Source: Candidatus Cloacimonadales bacterium (lineage in GTDB: Bacteria; Cloacimonadota; Cloacimonadia; Cloacimonadales; JAFGVF01). Taken from it: 64,000 bases of DNA. The number at the start of each line of letters is the position of its first letter. Position 1 is the first letter of the stretch. The stretch is from positions 576,001 through 640,000 of the forward strand of contig CAXXOU010000001.1 of assembly GCA_963677495.2 (NCBI GenBank). The letters are read 5' to 3'. The notes beneath the pieces were generated by a model. The model was not told where the DNA came from, did not search any database, and worked only from the letters and a program-made list of their open reading frames with translations. Shown one piece after another: positions 47,780 to 58,917 of this stretch. The position numbers and the translations under genes are program-made.

Positions 47780-49159
47780 CTACTTCATTAGGAGCATTCT
47801 TTGAGCCTGAGAAACTGTAGGTGTTGTAAGTCTATAGAAATAAACACCTGATGCTACAGGATTACCTTTTTGATCATTACCATTCCATACAACGTTATGA
47901 CTGCCTTCGTTAAGTTCTTCGGATACAAGTTTATTTATTGATTGCCCTCTCATATTGAAGATTTCAAGTGTTGCATTCTCTCTCTGCTTGAGTGAGAAAG
48001 AGATAGTAGTTGTAGGATTAAATGGGTTTGGATAGTTACTTAAATTAACAACATAAGCAGGGTTTACATCATCCGCATTAGGTGTATATAAACCTTGAAG
48101 AGCTATAGATTCTGTGTCTGAATCAGATCCAAGATCATTATAAACTTCTACTCTTAATACAAAATTATCATTATCATCCCATTCTTGCATTGAGATAGGA
48201 CCAACAATAGCATTATCTGAAGTTGATGAGCCTGTGAAGTGGAAAGGTCCACCTGAGCAAATCATTTCATCAGTAGCATTGTTATAAACGTTAATGTAGC
48301 AATCCTGTGCTCTAACTACATCTCTTAAGCTTGGATTCTGGGCATCAACATCAACCATTAAGTTAAGTGATTCATAATATCCATCTTCGTTAGCATCAAT
48401 TCCGTTACTTACGTATGAGTTATAGATACTTGGTGAACCATAAACATCCGGATTGATATAGTTTCTTGTAAGGTTTACATTATCAATATAAGCACCTTGA
48501 GCTGTATTAGAAACATCACTTGTGAAAGCAAAAGCAATCCACACATTGTTTAAACCTGTTACATCGCCAATTTCATATACGTCTGTTAGGTCGAATGAGT
48601 GTGATTCCCAGCCATTACTTTGACCATCATAATGAAGTCCCCAGTATGCCTGACCATCTGTTGATGCATACACTTTAAAGTAATCATAATTAGATTCTGT
48701 ATCGTACCAAACATTATAATTTAGCTCAGCATCACTACAATCAGCAAGACTGAAAGGTCCATAAACCATCCAAGTGTTCATATTGTTTTGATAACCGTTC
48801 TCAACATTATCAGCACCACCATCAGCACAATGGCCACTCCAGCTACCTTCGTAAGCCATGTCATTGCAATCAGACCAATATGCATCAACGTCTGTGTTAG
48901 AATAGCAATTCCAATCATTTGGCCATGCACCTTCAAAAGATTCTTCTTTTAAAGATATCCAATCTTTTGCTTGAGGTAAGCTATCATTGTTGATTTCTTT
49001 TCCGGTTTCAGTAGTACTGCTTACAAGTTGAAGCTGTGATTGATTAAAAACGCTTCCACCCTGAGCGACTTTACCTTTGTTGAATTGACCTTTAACAGGG
49101 TTTGCAATAAGCAACCCTAAGGATACTAAAATTGTAACTACAGATAACAATTTCTTCAT
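47780..49159 (-). CDS. Secreted protein: MAM/immune-inhibitor-A-like beta-sandwich, D-x-D-x-DGYY domain, and CTD
   Basis: Signal peptide; WYDTESNYDY, FTSDVSNT..GAYIDNV, DANEDGYY; CTD ending RMLLMK. Confidence 0.75.
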   Translation of the reverse strand: MKKLLSVVTILVSLGLLIANPVKGQFNKGKVAQGGSVFNQSQLQLVSSTTETGKEINNDSLPQAKDWISLKEESFEGAWPNDWNCYSNTDVDAYWSDCNDMAYEGSWSGHCADGGADNVENGYQNNMNTWMVYGPFSLADCSDAELNYNVWYDTESNYDYFKVYASTDGQAYWGLHYDGQSNGWESHSFDLTDVYEIGDVTGLNNVWIAFAFTSDVSNTAQGAYIDNVNLTRNYINPDVYGSPSIYNSYVSNGIDANEDGYYESLNLMVDVDAQNPSLRDVVRAQDCYINVYNNATDEMICSGGPFHFTGSSTSDNAIVGPISMQEWDDNDNFVLRVEVYNDLGSDSDTESIALQGLYTPNADDVNPAYVVNLSNYPNPFNPTTTISFSLKQRENATLEIFNMRGQSINKLVSEELNEGSHNVVWNGNDQKGNPVASGVYFYRLTTPTVSQAQRMLLMK

Positions 49160-49249
49160 TCTGTTTTCTCCTAATGTATATTTGTTTTAATTACATTTAT
49201 ATATATACAAATTAGTGTTCCAAAATAAATGAATATCCAGCCAATTTTG

Positions 49250-49262
49250 TAAGTTATTGATA
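49250..49262 (-). promoter_or_regulatory. IHF-type site in the divergent promoter region
   Basis: Minus strand TATCAATAACTTA is a perfect WATCAANNNNTTR match. Confidence 0.45.
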
Positions 49263-49427
49263 ATTATATGAATAAAAAATTCGCATATTGAGGTTAACTA
49301 AAGCTAAACAAAAGTAATTTTCGATGATGGTATAATGATATCAAAATTAATTGCGATTTCGAAAAAAATTAACTTGAACTCTAAATCCGATTTTATTTCT
49401 TAGTCATAGCTTATTGAGGAGTAATTC

Positions 49428-51770
49428 ATGTTTAATTTTACTAGATTTGACACAAAATTAAAAGAGCTATCCAAGTTGGATAGAATAAAAGCAATTGCGG
49501 AAGAAGCATTGATAATGGGAAAGGTAGATTTCAAGGCTACTTCTAACTACTTAGATATAGCAATCGGTTATTACAATGAATTTTTGAAATATGAGAAGAA
49601 TCCTAATGCTGAAATAAAAGATGCTATTTCAAGATGTTATTGTGGTAAAATACAGCTAATATATAGAAATCCAAAAGATAGAAACAAAAAGGAACTTGAT
49701 AATTACATCAAATTTATCAACCAAAATGGAGCGACAAGTACAGTTGCTTTAATGGAGTATTTACTCTGTATAAAGCACTTAGCTTTAGGGAACAATCAGG
49801 CATCTGTTGATTCAGGATTAAGAGCTGCAGAATTGGTTGAAAACATAGAATTGACTGAAGAGATGAAGTTCCTCTATTCTAATTTAGGGCTTGCTCTTCA
49901 GAGAGCAAATAGACCGGAAGATTCAGAGAAATTTTTACTGATGGGATTATCAATTAATAATAAAGTAGACATTGTAGTTGAAGGAAAGCTTCTTTTACAC
50001 TTGGGTAATCTTTATTCCTCACAATCAAAAGTTGATAAGGCTCTTGATTGCTATATGAGAGCAAAAGAGTTTACCTCTGAATCGGATATCTCAGGTGAAA
50101 TTATTATTAATATGAATATCGCTATAATGTATAATAAACTCCAAAGACCTACTGATGCAAAGAAATACTTTAGTATGAATGCTGATATAGAGATGTGGAA
50201 ATCAATTGATAGCTTTGGTCTAATCTGCTTAACTAACTCCCTTTCTGCTTTGATAATTCTCAATCTGTATGAGCGAAACATTGAGGAGATGGAGAGATTA
50301 GTCAAAAAACTAAAAACAATTAGTAATCATTTTAAGGATCCACAATCAATAACTTTGTATTATCAGAGAAAAGCGAATTTATGCCAAATGAAGGGTGATA
50401 CACCAGGAGCTGAAGAAAGCTATCTTGATGCTTTAGAATATATCAATAAACATGGTAACAATGACCAAATTTTTCAGATATCTAATGAAGTTGCCGACTT
50501 TTTTATGAGCTTAGAGAAAATGGATGTAGCAGAAGATATTTTAAAGGAAAACATTGAAAGATTTAAAGATGATACCGCTTCATTCTATGTTAAGGAAACA
50601 TATCAGATATATTTGAAATTTCTTAAAGCTCAATCCCGTTTTGAAGAAGCTCTGGATATACTTGAAAAAATGAATGAGATCAACACAAAACAACAAAAAT
50701 CGAAGCTTGAGAATAAAGTAAGAGCACTCGAAACAGAGATGGCAAATGATAAAAGAAAACTGAATGAACGAGACAGAAGAATCTCTTTAATAAACAGGAA
50801 GTTAAGAGATACAACTGAATCAGGATTTATTGGGGTTAGCCAGAAAATAAAAAGTGTTCTTAGCAAAGTCGAAATGGCATCACAACATCCTGATATTAGT
50901 GTGTTAATCCTTGGTGAAAGTGGCACAGGAAAACAAATTATTGCCGATATGATTCATAAGAATAGTAAGCGAAAAGCAGGTTCTTTATGCGAAGTTAACT
51001 GTTCAGCAATACCTGATGGAATGGCTGAGAGCGAATTCTTTGGGTACAAAAAAGGTGCCTTTACAGGAGCAGTTAAAGATAATCCCGGTTTTTTAAAAGA
51101 AGCAGACACCGGAACGCTTTTTCTGGATGAAGTTGGTGATATGCCAATGTCGTTACAGGCAAAACTGTTGAAAGTTATTGAAGGTAAAAACTTCACACCT
51201 TTGGGTTCCAACAAACCACAGACAACAAACTTCAGGCTTATATGTGCAACACATCGAAATTTGGAGGACTTGATTAAAACAGGTGACTTCCGACTAGACT
51301 TCTTCAATAGAATCAATACATTCATTATTGAGATACCACCACTTCGTGAACGTCCTGCAGATATTGGAGTTATTGCAGAATACTATCTTAACAAATACTG
51401 TCAGAAAATGGGGGTACTAACTCCACAAATAACTCCTGAAGCCATGGATATGATTAAATCATATTCATATCCGGGTAATGTACGTGAACTGAGAAATATT
51501 ATTGAAAGAACTACGCTTTTTCTTAGAAATGGTTTGAATCTTTTAGATGCTCTCAATAGCTCAGGATTAAATGACCAAGTTCCTTTCGAAACTGCTGAAT
51601 CTGATAAGTCAAGTTTGCTTAGTACAAATACACTAAATCTTGAGAAAATTGAGTTATTAGCAATCAATAAAGCCTTAGAACTAGCTGGGTATAAAAAGAG
51701 TAAAGCTGCAGCCTTGTTAGGAATTACTCCAAGTGCTATGACCAGAAGACTACAAAAGTATAAACTCTAA
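49428..51770 (+). CDS. Sigma54-dependent enhancer-binding activator with an N-terminal TPR region
   Basis: GESGTGK, ESEFFGYKKGAFTGA, LFLDEVG, YPGNVRELRN, Fis-type HTH; TPR-like helical N-terminus without a receiver domain. Confidence 0.92.
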   Translation: MFNFTRFDTKLKELSKLDRIKAIAEEALIMGKVDFKATSNYLDIAIGYYNEFLKYEKNPNAEIKDAISRCYCGKIQLIYRNPKDRNKKELDNYIKFINQNGATSTVALMEYLLCIKHLALGNNQASVDSGLRAAELVENIELTEEMKFLYSNLGLALQRANRPEDSEKFLLMGLSINNKVDIVVEGKLLLHLGNLYSSQSKVDKALDCYMRAKEFTSESDISGEIIINMNIAIMYNKLQRPTDAKKYFSMNADIEMWKSIDSFGLICLTNSLSALIILNLYERNIEEMERLVKKLKTISNHFKDPQSITLYYQRKANLCQMKGDTPGAEESYLDALEYINKHGNNDQIFQISNEVADFFMSLEKMDVAEDILKENIERFKDDTASFYVKETYQIYLKFLKAQSRFEEALDILEKMNEINTKQQKSKLENKVRALETEMANDKRKLNERDRRISLINRKLRDTTESGFIGVSQKIKSVLSKVEMASQHPDISVLILGESGTGKQIIADMIHKNSKRKAGSLCEVNCSAIPDGMAESEFFGYKKGAFTGAVKDNPGFLKEADTGTLFLDEVGDMPMSLQAKLLKVIEGKNFTPLGSNKPQTTNFRLICATHRNLEDLIKTGDFRLDFFNRINTFIIEIPPLRERPADIGVIAEYYLNKYCQKMGVLTPQITPEAMDMIKSYSYPGNVRELRNIIERTTLFLRNGLNLLDALNSSGLNDQVPFETAESDKSSLLSTNTLNLEKIELLAINKALELAGYKKSKAAALLGITPSAMTRRLQKYKL

Positions 51771-51822
51771 AAATCAGTTTACAATTAACTGATAGATTTA
51801 TTTCTAGAGCTAAGGAGTTGTT

Positions 51823-52434
51823 ATGAAAAGAAAAGCTATGTTACTGATAATGGTAATTCTGATAGTATTAATAAGTGGTTGTTCAGTATTCTCTACAAGC
51901 AATTCTACTAGCAGAAGGGCATTAGAGAAAAACCTAACCTTATGGGACAGTTTCTCTATGCAGGGAATAGTTGAAATTAACTATAAAGCTTTAAGTTTTA
52001 GAAAGAACTTCACGATGCGTAAAGATGGCAATGAGTTTAACTTCAAAGTATTGAATGCCGGACTTATGGGACTCAACCCCAAACCTTTAGTTTCAATAAG
52101 CTATGCAGACTCCTTAACAATTGATGCAAGTGGATTTGCAGGTGGAGAAGGCTTTATCCCATCCAATATTGAGATTGGAAATCTAGGACATGATCTTTCC
52201 TTATCAAAGTACTTACTTCCAATTGCAGATGAGATTATTATGAACAGAACTATTAATCGAATGGAGCTTGATTTCAACTTCAATAAGAAGATGCAGCTTG
52301 TTTCCGTGGGAAAGTCAGATAAAGATAAGGTTACTTTTGAATATGACCTAAACAATAATCCGGAAAGGATTGCAATTGTTGTCGATGGGATAGAGTTTTT
52401 AATAATCAATATTGATAATTATAAAAAAAGATAA
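51823..52434 (+). CDS. Hypothetical lipoprotein (possibly LolB/DUF4292-like)
   Basis: Lipobox LISGC; beta-rich body. Confidence 0.6.
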   Translation: MKRKAMLLIMVILIVLISGCSVFSTSNSTSRRALEKNLTLWDSFSMQGIVEINYKALSFRKNFTMRKDGNEFNFKVLNAGLMGLNPKPLVSISYADSLTIDASGFAGGEGFIPSNIEIGNLGHDLSLSKYLLPIADEIIMNRTINRMELDFNFNKKMQLVSVGKSDKDKVTFEYDLNNNPERIAIVVDGIEFLIINIDNYKKR

Positions 52435-52444
52435 AGGTAGAACA

Positions 52445-53740
52445 ATGATTAGTCGTTATACTCTCAAAGAAATGGGCGATATCTGGAGTCAGCAGAATCG
52501 TTACCAGTGTTGGTTGGATGTTGAAATCGCTGCTTGTAAAGCAATGAATAAGATGGGAATCGTTCCTGATGAGGATTTAAAGAATATCGTAGAGAAGGCA
52601 GACTTTGATGCACAGCGTGTTGATGAGATTGAGTTAGTTACAAAGCATGATATTATTGCTTTCCTTACTAATGTTGCTGAGTATGTAGGTCCTTCATCAA
52701 GATGGATTCATTATGGTATGACATCTTCAGACGTGCTTGATACTGCTTCTGCATTACAGATGAAGCAAGCTGCTGAGCTAATCTTGGTAGAAATGAAAGC
52801 ATTTGCTGAAGTACTCAAAAAGAAAGCTGCTGACTACAAAGATACTCTATGTATCGGACGTTCACATGGAATTCACGCAGAGCCAACATCATTTGGTCTT
52901 AAATTTGCACTCTGGTACGATGAGATGAATAGAAACATCAAGCGTATGGAAGCTGCTCTTGAGATAGTAAGTGTCGGTCAGATTTCAGGTGCAGTTGGTA
53001 ACTATGCTCATCTTTCTCCTGAAATAGAGGAGCTTGCTTGTGGTTTCTTAGGTCTTAAATCAGTAAATATCGCTACTCAGGTTATTCAGCGTGATAGGCA
53101 TGCAGAGTATATGAATGCAATCGCTCTTGCCGGTGCTACTATCGAGAAAGTTGCTGTTGAAATCAGACATCTTCAAAGAACTGAAGTACTTGAAGCTGAA
53201 GAGAACTTTTCTAAAGGACAAAAAGGTTCATCTGCAATGCCTCATAAAAAGAACCCAATTGTAAGTGAGCAGATGAGTGGGCTAGCTAGACTCCTGAGAA
53301 CAAATGCTCTTGCAGCTTTTGAGAATAATGCACTTTGGCACGAAAGAGATATAAGTCACAGTTCTGTTGAAAGAGTTATTCTTCCTGATTCAAGCATACT
53401 TATGCATTATATGTTGAAGAAAATGACTAGATTGATTGATAATCTTACTGTTTATCCTGAGCACATCAAACGTAATCTTGAATTAACAAATGGTTTGGTT
53501 TTCTCACAGGTTATCCTGCTTCACCTTGCTAACAAAGGTATTTCTCGTGAGCAGGCATATGCCATGGTTCAGAAGAATGCTCTGGTTTGCTGGCAGACAA
53601 AACAACAGTTCAAAGATCTTATCTTAGCAGATGAAAATATCTGTAATGTGCTTGATAAAGATGAGATTGACGAGATTTTCTGTTATGACAGATATCTGCA
53701 GAATATAGATTTCATTATGAAGAGATGCGGGATATTATAG
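52445..53740 (+). CDS. purB: Adenylosuccinate lyase
   Basis: MISRY, HYGMTSSD, GRSHGIHAEP, GSSAMPHKKNP, WHERDISHSSVER. Confidence 0.97.
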   Translation: MISRYTLKEMGDIWSQQNRYQCWLDVEIAACKAMNKMGIVPDEDLKNIVEKADFDAQRVDEIELVTKHDIIAFLTNVAEYVGPSSRWIHYGMTSSDVLDTASALQMKQAAELILVEMKAFAEVLKKKAADYKDTLCIGRSHGIHAEPTSFGLKFALWYDEMNRNIKRMEAALEIVSVGQISGAVGNYAHLSPEIEELACGFLGLKSVNIATQVIQRDRHAEYMNAIALAGATIEKVAVEIRHLQRTEVLEAEENFSKGQKGSSAMPHKKNPIVSEQMSGLARLLRTNALAAFENNALWHERDISHSSVERVILPDSSILMHYMLKKMTRLIDNLTVYPEHIKRNLELTNGLVFSQVILLHLANKGISREQAYAMVQKNALVCWQTKQQFKDLILADENICNVLDKDEIDEIFCYDRYLQNIDFIMKRCGIL

Positions 53741-53761
53741 ATAAATAGCATACAATACATT

Positions 53762-53792
53762 AAGCCTATCGATTGTATCGATAGGCTTTTTT
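53762..53792 (+). terminator. purB terminator
   Basis: AAGCCTATCGAT-TGT-ATCGATAGGCTT followed by TTTT. Confidence 0.85.
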
Positions 53793-53799
53793 AGTTATT

Positions 53800-53829
53800 A
53801 AAAAAGGGGTAGATTCGAAATCTACCCCT
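53800..53829 (-). terminator. Terminator of the LruC-domain gene
   Basis: AGGGGTAGATT/AATCTACCCCT stem followed by a T-run on the minus strand. Confidence 0.85.
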
Positions 53830-53844
53830 ATACTTATTTAAGTC

Positions 53845-55833
53845 TTATGGAATCATATAGATCTTAGTATTGTCTCTATATCCCGGTTCATCATCATACC
53901 AATCAGGGAATACAGCTCCTGAGCTTTCTGCCCAAGGTCTGAATTTAAGGTAAGCTTCAGTAACCTGCTTTCTCTCGTATGGATGATCCCAGCTTGATGC
54001 AACATTAATTGCCCATGGAAGGTTATTAACTGTTCTATAGTATCTACTTGAACTAACAACCGAGTTATCTTCTTCAGTAGCAAACAATGTGTAATCTGCT
54101 TGATTTGTTGGTGGCATATCAGGTAGATGTATCTCATGTGATCTATCAGTATTCACAAAGATAAATGGATTGAATGGTTCTTGCCACTGCCAACTACCGG
54201 AATTGGTTACAAGAGTGTTAAACTTAATATCAACTGCAAACTCTGCTGGAGTCACATAAGATGCACCATACTCAGTATTAATAAAGTCAGCTCCATTATA
54301 TGGCATCAAATCATTGGTGTTTTGTACAAATATAATTGTAGCTTTATTTCCATCTTCAAGTACCGGATTAAAGTTTACATCAGAAACTACTTCCGAATAA
54401 GTTAGAGTATCTGCCCCATCGATAATAGTGATAGATTCAATAATGTTGGAGCTGAATGGGAACTGAACAGCAAAACCATTCTGATATCTTGCTCCTACAG
54501 CCATTAGTTTGAACTCAGCAATTATATGTGAGATTTGGTTGCCTGGAAGTGTATGATAGAAGAAGTTATAATCAATAACCATATCGTTAAAGTCATAGTC
54601 TCCCATTCTTGGCCATAAGTCTTCAAATGCTAAAGTAGAGTAATTATGATCATTAGTTTCAAAGGTTCTATCAGGGTCATCCGGGAAGTCATCAAACACA
54701 TCTGACACATCGTCACCATCTCTATCATCAGGTTCATCAATAGGAGGGATGTCAATTATATCCACAGATTCTATCGGATTAGCTGTACAATAGAAGATTG
54801 CATCATTGTAATCATTATCTCCGTAAGGAACTTCTAAATCTTCAAAAGCGAACAGTAGTTTTTGATATTCTCCATCATATACAAGAATACTTTGCTGCTC
54901 TCCATTATGGTTCAAGTCAATATTTGAGTACCAAGTATCTTCCACAATATTTGCTTGTTCATTTCTCCAGCCATTACTCATTAGTACCCATGCAACAACG
55001 GTATCAGCATCGAACTGACCTAAATAGACTTTATCACCAGGGACTAATTCTCCACCACTTCCTTGCATAGAGACATTAGGGAAAACGATATTAATAGTAT
55101 CAATGTCGGCAGTTGATGTTGGAGGATTACCTACTTGGTAAGTGTAGTAACCCAAGCAGTTCTTATGTCCGGCTCCTTCATGAACAAATGTAACCCAAAG
55201 GTCTGCTGCTTGATCAATAAGCACTACATTCAGTTCATTATCAGGATCAAGATAATCTGGATGGTAGTCTTGAAGTGGCCTTCTTTCCGGAAGTGTTGCA
55301 TTAACTTTTTCTAAGAAGTTAGCTTCTAAAACATCAAACTCCATGCCGATTGGTGTACCATTATTATTGTAGGGAAGTACGTATTGCAAATCAGATTTTG
55401 GTGGCTTAACAGCAACTTTACTTATTGTTGCTTTTTCACCAAATGTATAACTAACAATACCAGACTCAATTGATAACTCCATCGATTCCATGTAACCTAC
55501 AGCAAAAACAGATGTCATCGCTGTTGGCAAAGTAACCAGAGTATGGAATCTTCCATCATCACCGGTAGCACCGGTGTAAAGTAATTTGCCCCCTTCATCA
55601 GGATCAGAAGTATAGAAATCAAAAACTATGTTTGCAATTCCCTCATCATTACCATTTAGTACTGTAATGTCAAATTCGACATCATGTAAGGTGGAGAAAT
55701 TAAAGTCATCAGCAACAGTCAAAGACTCAAAAGTTGTGTTTGTGCCGTTATCATTGTCATTATCATCATTTGAACATGAAATAGTGAACATTAATGATAG
55801 TGCTAAGAGCAATATAAAAAAACTTCTTCTCAT
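53845..55833 (-). CDS. LruC-domain (DUF4114/DUF4842-like) lipoprotein
   Basis: Lipobox TISC; FVHEGAG..LGYYTY; FEDL..DYND; AFEDLWP..GDYDFND; PWAI; WAESSG...DWY. Confidence 0.85.
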   Translation of the reverse strand: MRRSFFILLLALSLMFTISCSNDDNDNDNGTNTTFESLTVADDFNFSTLHDVEFDITVLNGNDEGIANIVFDFYTSDPDEGGKLLYTGATGDDGRFHTLVTLPTAMTSVFAVGYMESMELSIESGIVSYTFGEKATISKVAVKPPKSDLQYVLPYNNNGTPIGMEFDVLEANFLEKVNATLPERRPLQDYHPDYLDPDNELNVVLIDQAADLWVTFVHEGAGHKNCLGYYTYQVGNPPTSTADIDTINIVFPNVSMQGSGGELVPGDKVYLGQFDADTVVAWVLMSNGWRNEQANIVEDTWYSNIDLNHNGEQQSILVYDGEYQKLLFAFEDLEVPYGDNDYNDAIFYCTANPIESVDIIDIPPIDEPDDRDGDDVSDVFDDFPDDPDRTFETNDHNYSTLAFEDLWPRMGDYDFNDMVIDYNFFYHTLPGNQISHIIAEFKLMAVGARYQNGFAVQFPFSSNIIESITIIDGADTLTYSEVVSDVNFNPVLEDGNKATIIFVQNTNDLMPYNGADFINTEYGASYVTPAEFAVDIKFNTLVTNSGSWQWQEPFNPFIFVNTDRSHEIHLPDMPPTNQADYTLFATEEDNSVVSSSRYYRTVNNLPWAINVASSWDHPYERKQVTEAYLKFRPWAESSGAVFPDWYDDEPGYRDNTKIYMIP

Positions 55834-56021
55834 ATTTACCTCCAGAAGTAGTTATTAGTTAACATATAAACATCTATAAATATAGATAGTCGTCTATTTT
55901 TGGCAATCTATTTTTTATTAAACTTGTTAACATCTATGACGATACATTTGATAAAAACACACATTCTTAAGTATGTCTACCTACATAAACGCTACTCGAT
56001 TACAATATATTGTGCTAAAGA

Positions 56022-56786
56022 TTAATCAGCTAGAGTCAGGTTTAAGCCTTTAATTAATAGATTTCTCAGCTCTTGCATAGCTATAAAATCTGCTTTGCCA
56101 CTCCATTCATCTATAAATGTTTTCTTAAACTCAATAGCTATTGCAATAGCTTTATCACCATATATATGATGTATCCATCTTGGGAAATGCCCACCCGGGA
56201 ACTTAACGTTAATCCTACAATCAATGTTTCTGTTTCTAAAGTCGATGGATGCTAAGTTGTCTCTTAATCTCTCCACGAAAGGAAGATTCTCTTCAGGCAT
56301 ATTGTTTGTACCAAGGATAATCTCAGGATTATATTTAGGGTCATCGTATTCTGCATCCGGACCAAGGCGATGATGATTATAAGAATGGATGTCTAGAACG
56401 ATAATACGACCATGTATTGCCATTATTTCATCAAGATGTATCTTAACCCTTCTATAGAAATCGTCATATTCAGCCATAGATCTTTCAATCTCATCTTCTG
56501 TGAGAGGTGCATCTCTCAAATCAAGTCCCCAACAATCTTCCGGCTTCTGATATACAGATCTAGATTTAGGTCTGTTTATATCAACTTCAAAGCGACTTGT
56601 ATCTACAATAATCCTGTTACAGTTAAACTCAGTGAAGAAACCTGTTAATGGATCCTCTTCGCGAAGTCTATCAGCTTCAGAAAGAGTCATGTTAGCTTCT
56701 ATCTCATCTCTAAGATAGTGGCCGTTATGTATTGCTGTACATACGAGGGGAGATGAGTAATCAAAGATAAAGGTTGCTTTATGCAT
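56022..56786 (-). CDS. N-formylglutamate amidohydrolase family protein
   Basis: TAIHNGH, REEDP, SRFEVDINR, DIHSYN, AIEFKK. Confidence 0.85.
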   Translation of the reverse strand: MHKATFIFDYSSPLVCTAIHNGHYLRDEIEANMTLSEADRLREEDPLTGFFTEFNCNRIIVDTSRFEVDINRPKSRSVYQKPEDCWGLDLRDAPLTEDEIERSMAEYDDFYRRVKIHLDEIMAIHGRIIVLDIHSYNHHRLGPDAEYDDPKYNPEIILGTNNMPEENLPFVERLRDNLASIDFRNRNIDCRINVKFPGGHFPRWIHHIYGDKAIAIAIEFKKTFIDEWSGKADFIAMQELRNLLIKGLNLTLAD

Positions 56787-56788
56787 TC

Positions 56789-57484
56789 TTACACTTCCCA
56801 TTTCTCAATCAGATTCATCAGAAGTACCATCTGATTTATGTAGTTCTGGAAAAACTCGATCACCTTATCTCTTGGAAGCTTCTCAGTTCTTAGAGTAATA
56901 GCTTTTCTAAAGCTATCGAGCACAACCTTCGTGACTTCATCAGTCGTCTCAAGAAGTTCATACTCAGTGCGAGGAATCTCTTCGTCTTTAAGAATCAGTA
57001 CACCCTTGAATACAGGCATTAAAGCAAGCAAAGAAACTTGAATAAGTTCACTGATTACTTTCATATTACCTAAACTTTCAAGTAAGTATTGTCTTGTAAG
57101 CAGAACTTTACCTTTAACCTCTCTCTCCATCTGAAGTCTTAGATCAGAAGGCTTAAACTCAAGGTTTGCAAAGATATCTTCTTTCGAGTAGGTTGATTCA
57201 TAGTAGTATTTGATATTGAGAAACTCCAGTGGAAAGCTATCAAGTGATGTGAGTATATATTCACGACTCATAATCAGCGGAAAAGGCATCTTTTTCGCTT
57301 TAATTTTCTTAAGAATCGGACGTAATGTTGCAAGTGTAGATACATCATCTTTCTCTACAACCAGGAAAAAATGTCCCTGATCCAAATGTCTGTTATAGAT
57401 ACCTGCCTGAATCAGGTTTTCACCCAATACACTTTCGAATTCTTTTGATACAGCCAGCCAATACTGTTTATATTTCTCAATCAT
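56789..57484 (-). CDS. Hypothetical protein, nucleotidyltransferase-like
   Basis: SLDSFPLEFLNI and LRLQMERE motifs. Confidence 0.6.
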   Translation of the reverse strand: MIEKYKQYWLAVSKEFESVLGENLIQAGIYNRHLDQGHFFLVVEKDDVSTLATLRPILKKIKAKKMPFPLIMSREYILTSLDSFPLEFLNIKYYYESTYSKEDIFANLEFKPSDLRLQMEREVKGKVLLTRQYLLESLGNMKVISELIQVSLLALMPVFKGVLILKDEEIPRTEYELLETTDEVTKVVLDSFRKAITLRTEKLPRDKVIEFFQNYINQMVLLMNLIEKWEV

Positions 57485-57489
57485 TTTAA

Positions 57490-58356
57490 CTACTCCTCTG
57501 AAGTCTCATACTTCTTTGTATACAGCTCTGCACAAAGCTTAGCCATAGTTCTGATTCTTCCAATATATGCAGCTCTCTCAGTTACACTTATCACACCTCT
57601 CGCATCAAGAAGATTGAATGTATGAGAGCATTTAAGCAAGTAGTCATAAGCCGGGTAAACTACATCCTCTTCAATCAGGAAATGACATTGCTTTTCATAA
57701 TCCTCAAATGTAGCGAAAAGAGATTTCACATCAGCAAGTTCAAAGTTAAACTTAGAGAACTCAACCTCTTTGTGATAGAAAATATCACTGTAAAGAGTAG
57801 TGTCATTCCATTTCAATTCTCGATAATCATCAACATTCTGAATATACATGGCAAGACGCTCAAGTCCATATGTAAGTTCTACAGCAATCGGTGAAACATC
57901 AACACCACCAACCTGTTGGAAATAAGTAAACTGTGATATCTCCATGCCATCAAGCCAAACTTCCCATCCGAGTCCCCAAGCACCGAGAGTTGGTGATTCC
58001 CAATCATCCTCTACAAAACGAATATCATGCTTCTCAACTTCCACACCAATTGCTTTTAAGCTCTCAATGTAAAGTTCCTGTATATTCTCAGGTGATGGTT
58101 TAATAACTGTCTGGAACTGGTAGTAATGCTGAAAACGGTTTGGGTTTTCACCATATCTTCCGTCTTTAGGTCGACGGCAAGGTTGGGCATAAGCCACAGC
58201 AGTTGGTTTTGAACCTAATGAACCAAAGAAAGTCGCCTGGTGAAAAGTACCGGCTCCCATCTCCATATCATAAGGCTGGATAATATTGCATCCCTGTTTA
58301 GCCCAGAAATTCTGTAATGTCAGGATTATATCTTGAAAGTTCATAAACTTCTCCAT
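57490..58356 (-). CDS. glyQ: Glycine--tRNA ligase alpha subunit
   Basis: [45 protein letters not shown]. Confidence 0.97.
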   Translation of the reverse strand: MEKFMNFQDIILTLQNFWAKQGCNIIQPYDMEMGAGTFHQATFFGSLGSKPTAVAYAQPCRRPKDGRYGENPNRFQHYYQFQTVIKPSPENIQELYIESLKAIGVEVEKHDIRFVEDDWESPTLGAWGLGWEVWLDGMEISQFTYFQQVGGVDVSPIAVELTYGLERLAMYIQNVDDYRELKWNDTTLYSDIFYHKEVEFSKFNFELADVKSLFATFEDYEKQCHFLIEEDVVYPAYDYLLKCSHTFNLLDARGVISVTERAAYIGRIRTMAKLCAELYTKKYETSEE

Positions 58357-58917
58357 TATCTATCTGTATTGAATATTGATAATTTAAGGATTAAGTCAGT
58401 TGTCAATAAAAAAGAGTTGGTTGATAATTATAGGGACTTATGGCTATAAACAATTGGATATGTACTCAATTGGAGTTTTACTACAAATAGAGGGTATACT
58501 ATCAATATTGTTACCAAAGAATGAGGAAATAATCTCAAAAACACAGAGCCCAGAAAGAGCTTAAGAACCACAGAGAAAGGTACACGTCTGACTAAAATCA
58601 AGAAAATAACAGATCCATGCAGATACCATTGTTAATTGATTAGTGTAATTATCAATTGAATCAGATTTAATAGTTGTACCCACATCTTCCATTAGTAGAG
58701 CAAAATCACTTGTATGTTATACAGTTTAGACTTATACATAACTACTAAAAATCCAAATTTTAAGTTATCAAGATTCTCAAAATACAATAGTTTTGCGTCT
58801 TTATACTGTTTAGATTTCAATTCTTTTGGAATATAGTTAACACAGTTATCCAGCCACGATCATTGTAATAATGATCATTATAAAAATATCAAATCAACTT
58901 CTTCTCTTTAGGATGTC

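Noticed and set aside
58538..58580. Two ACACAGAG/CCACAGAG motifs as a repeat family
   Set aside because: Too short and degenerate to support.
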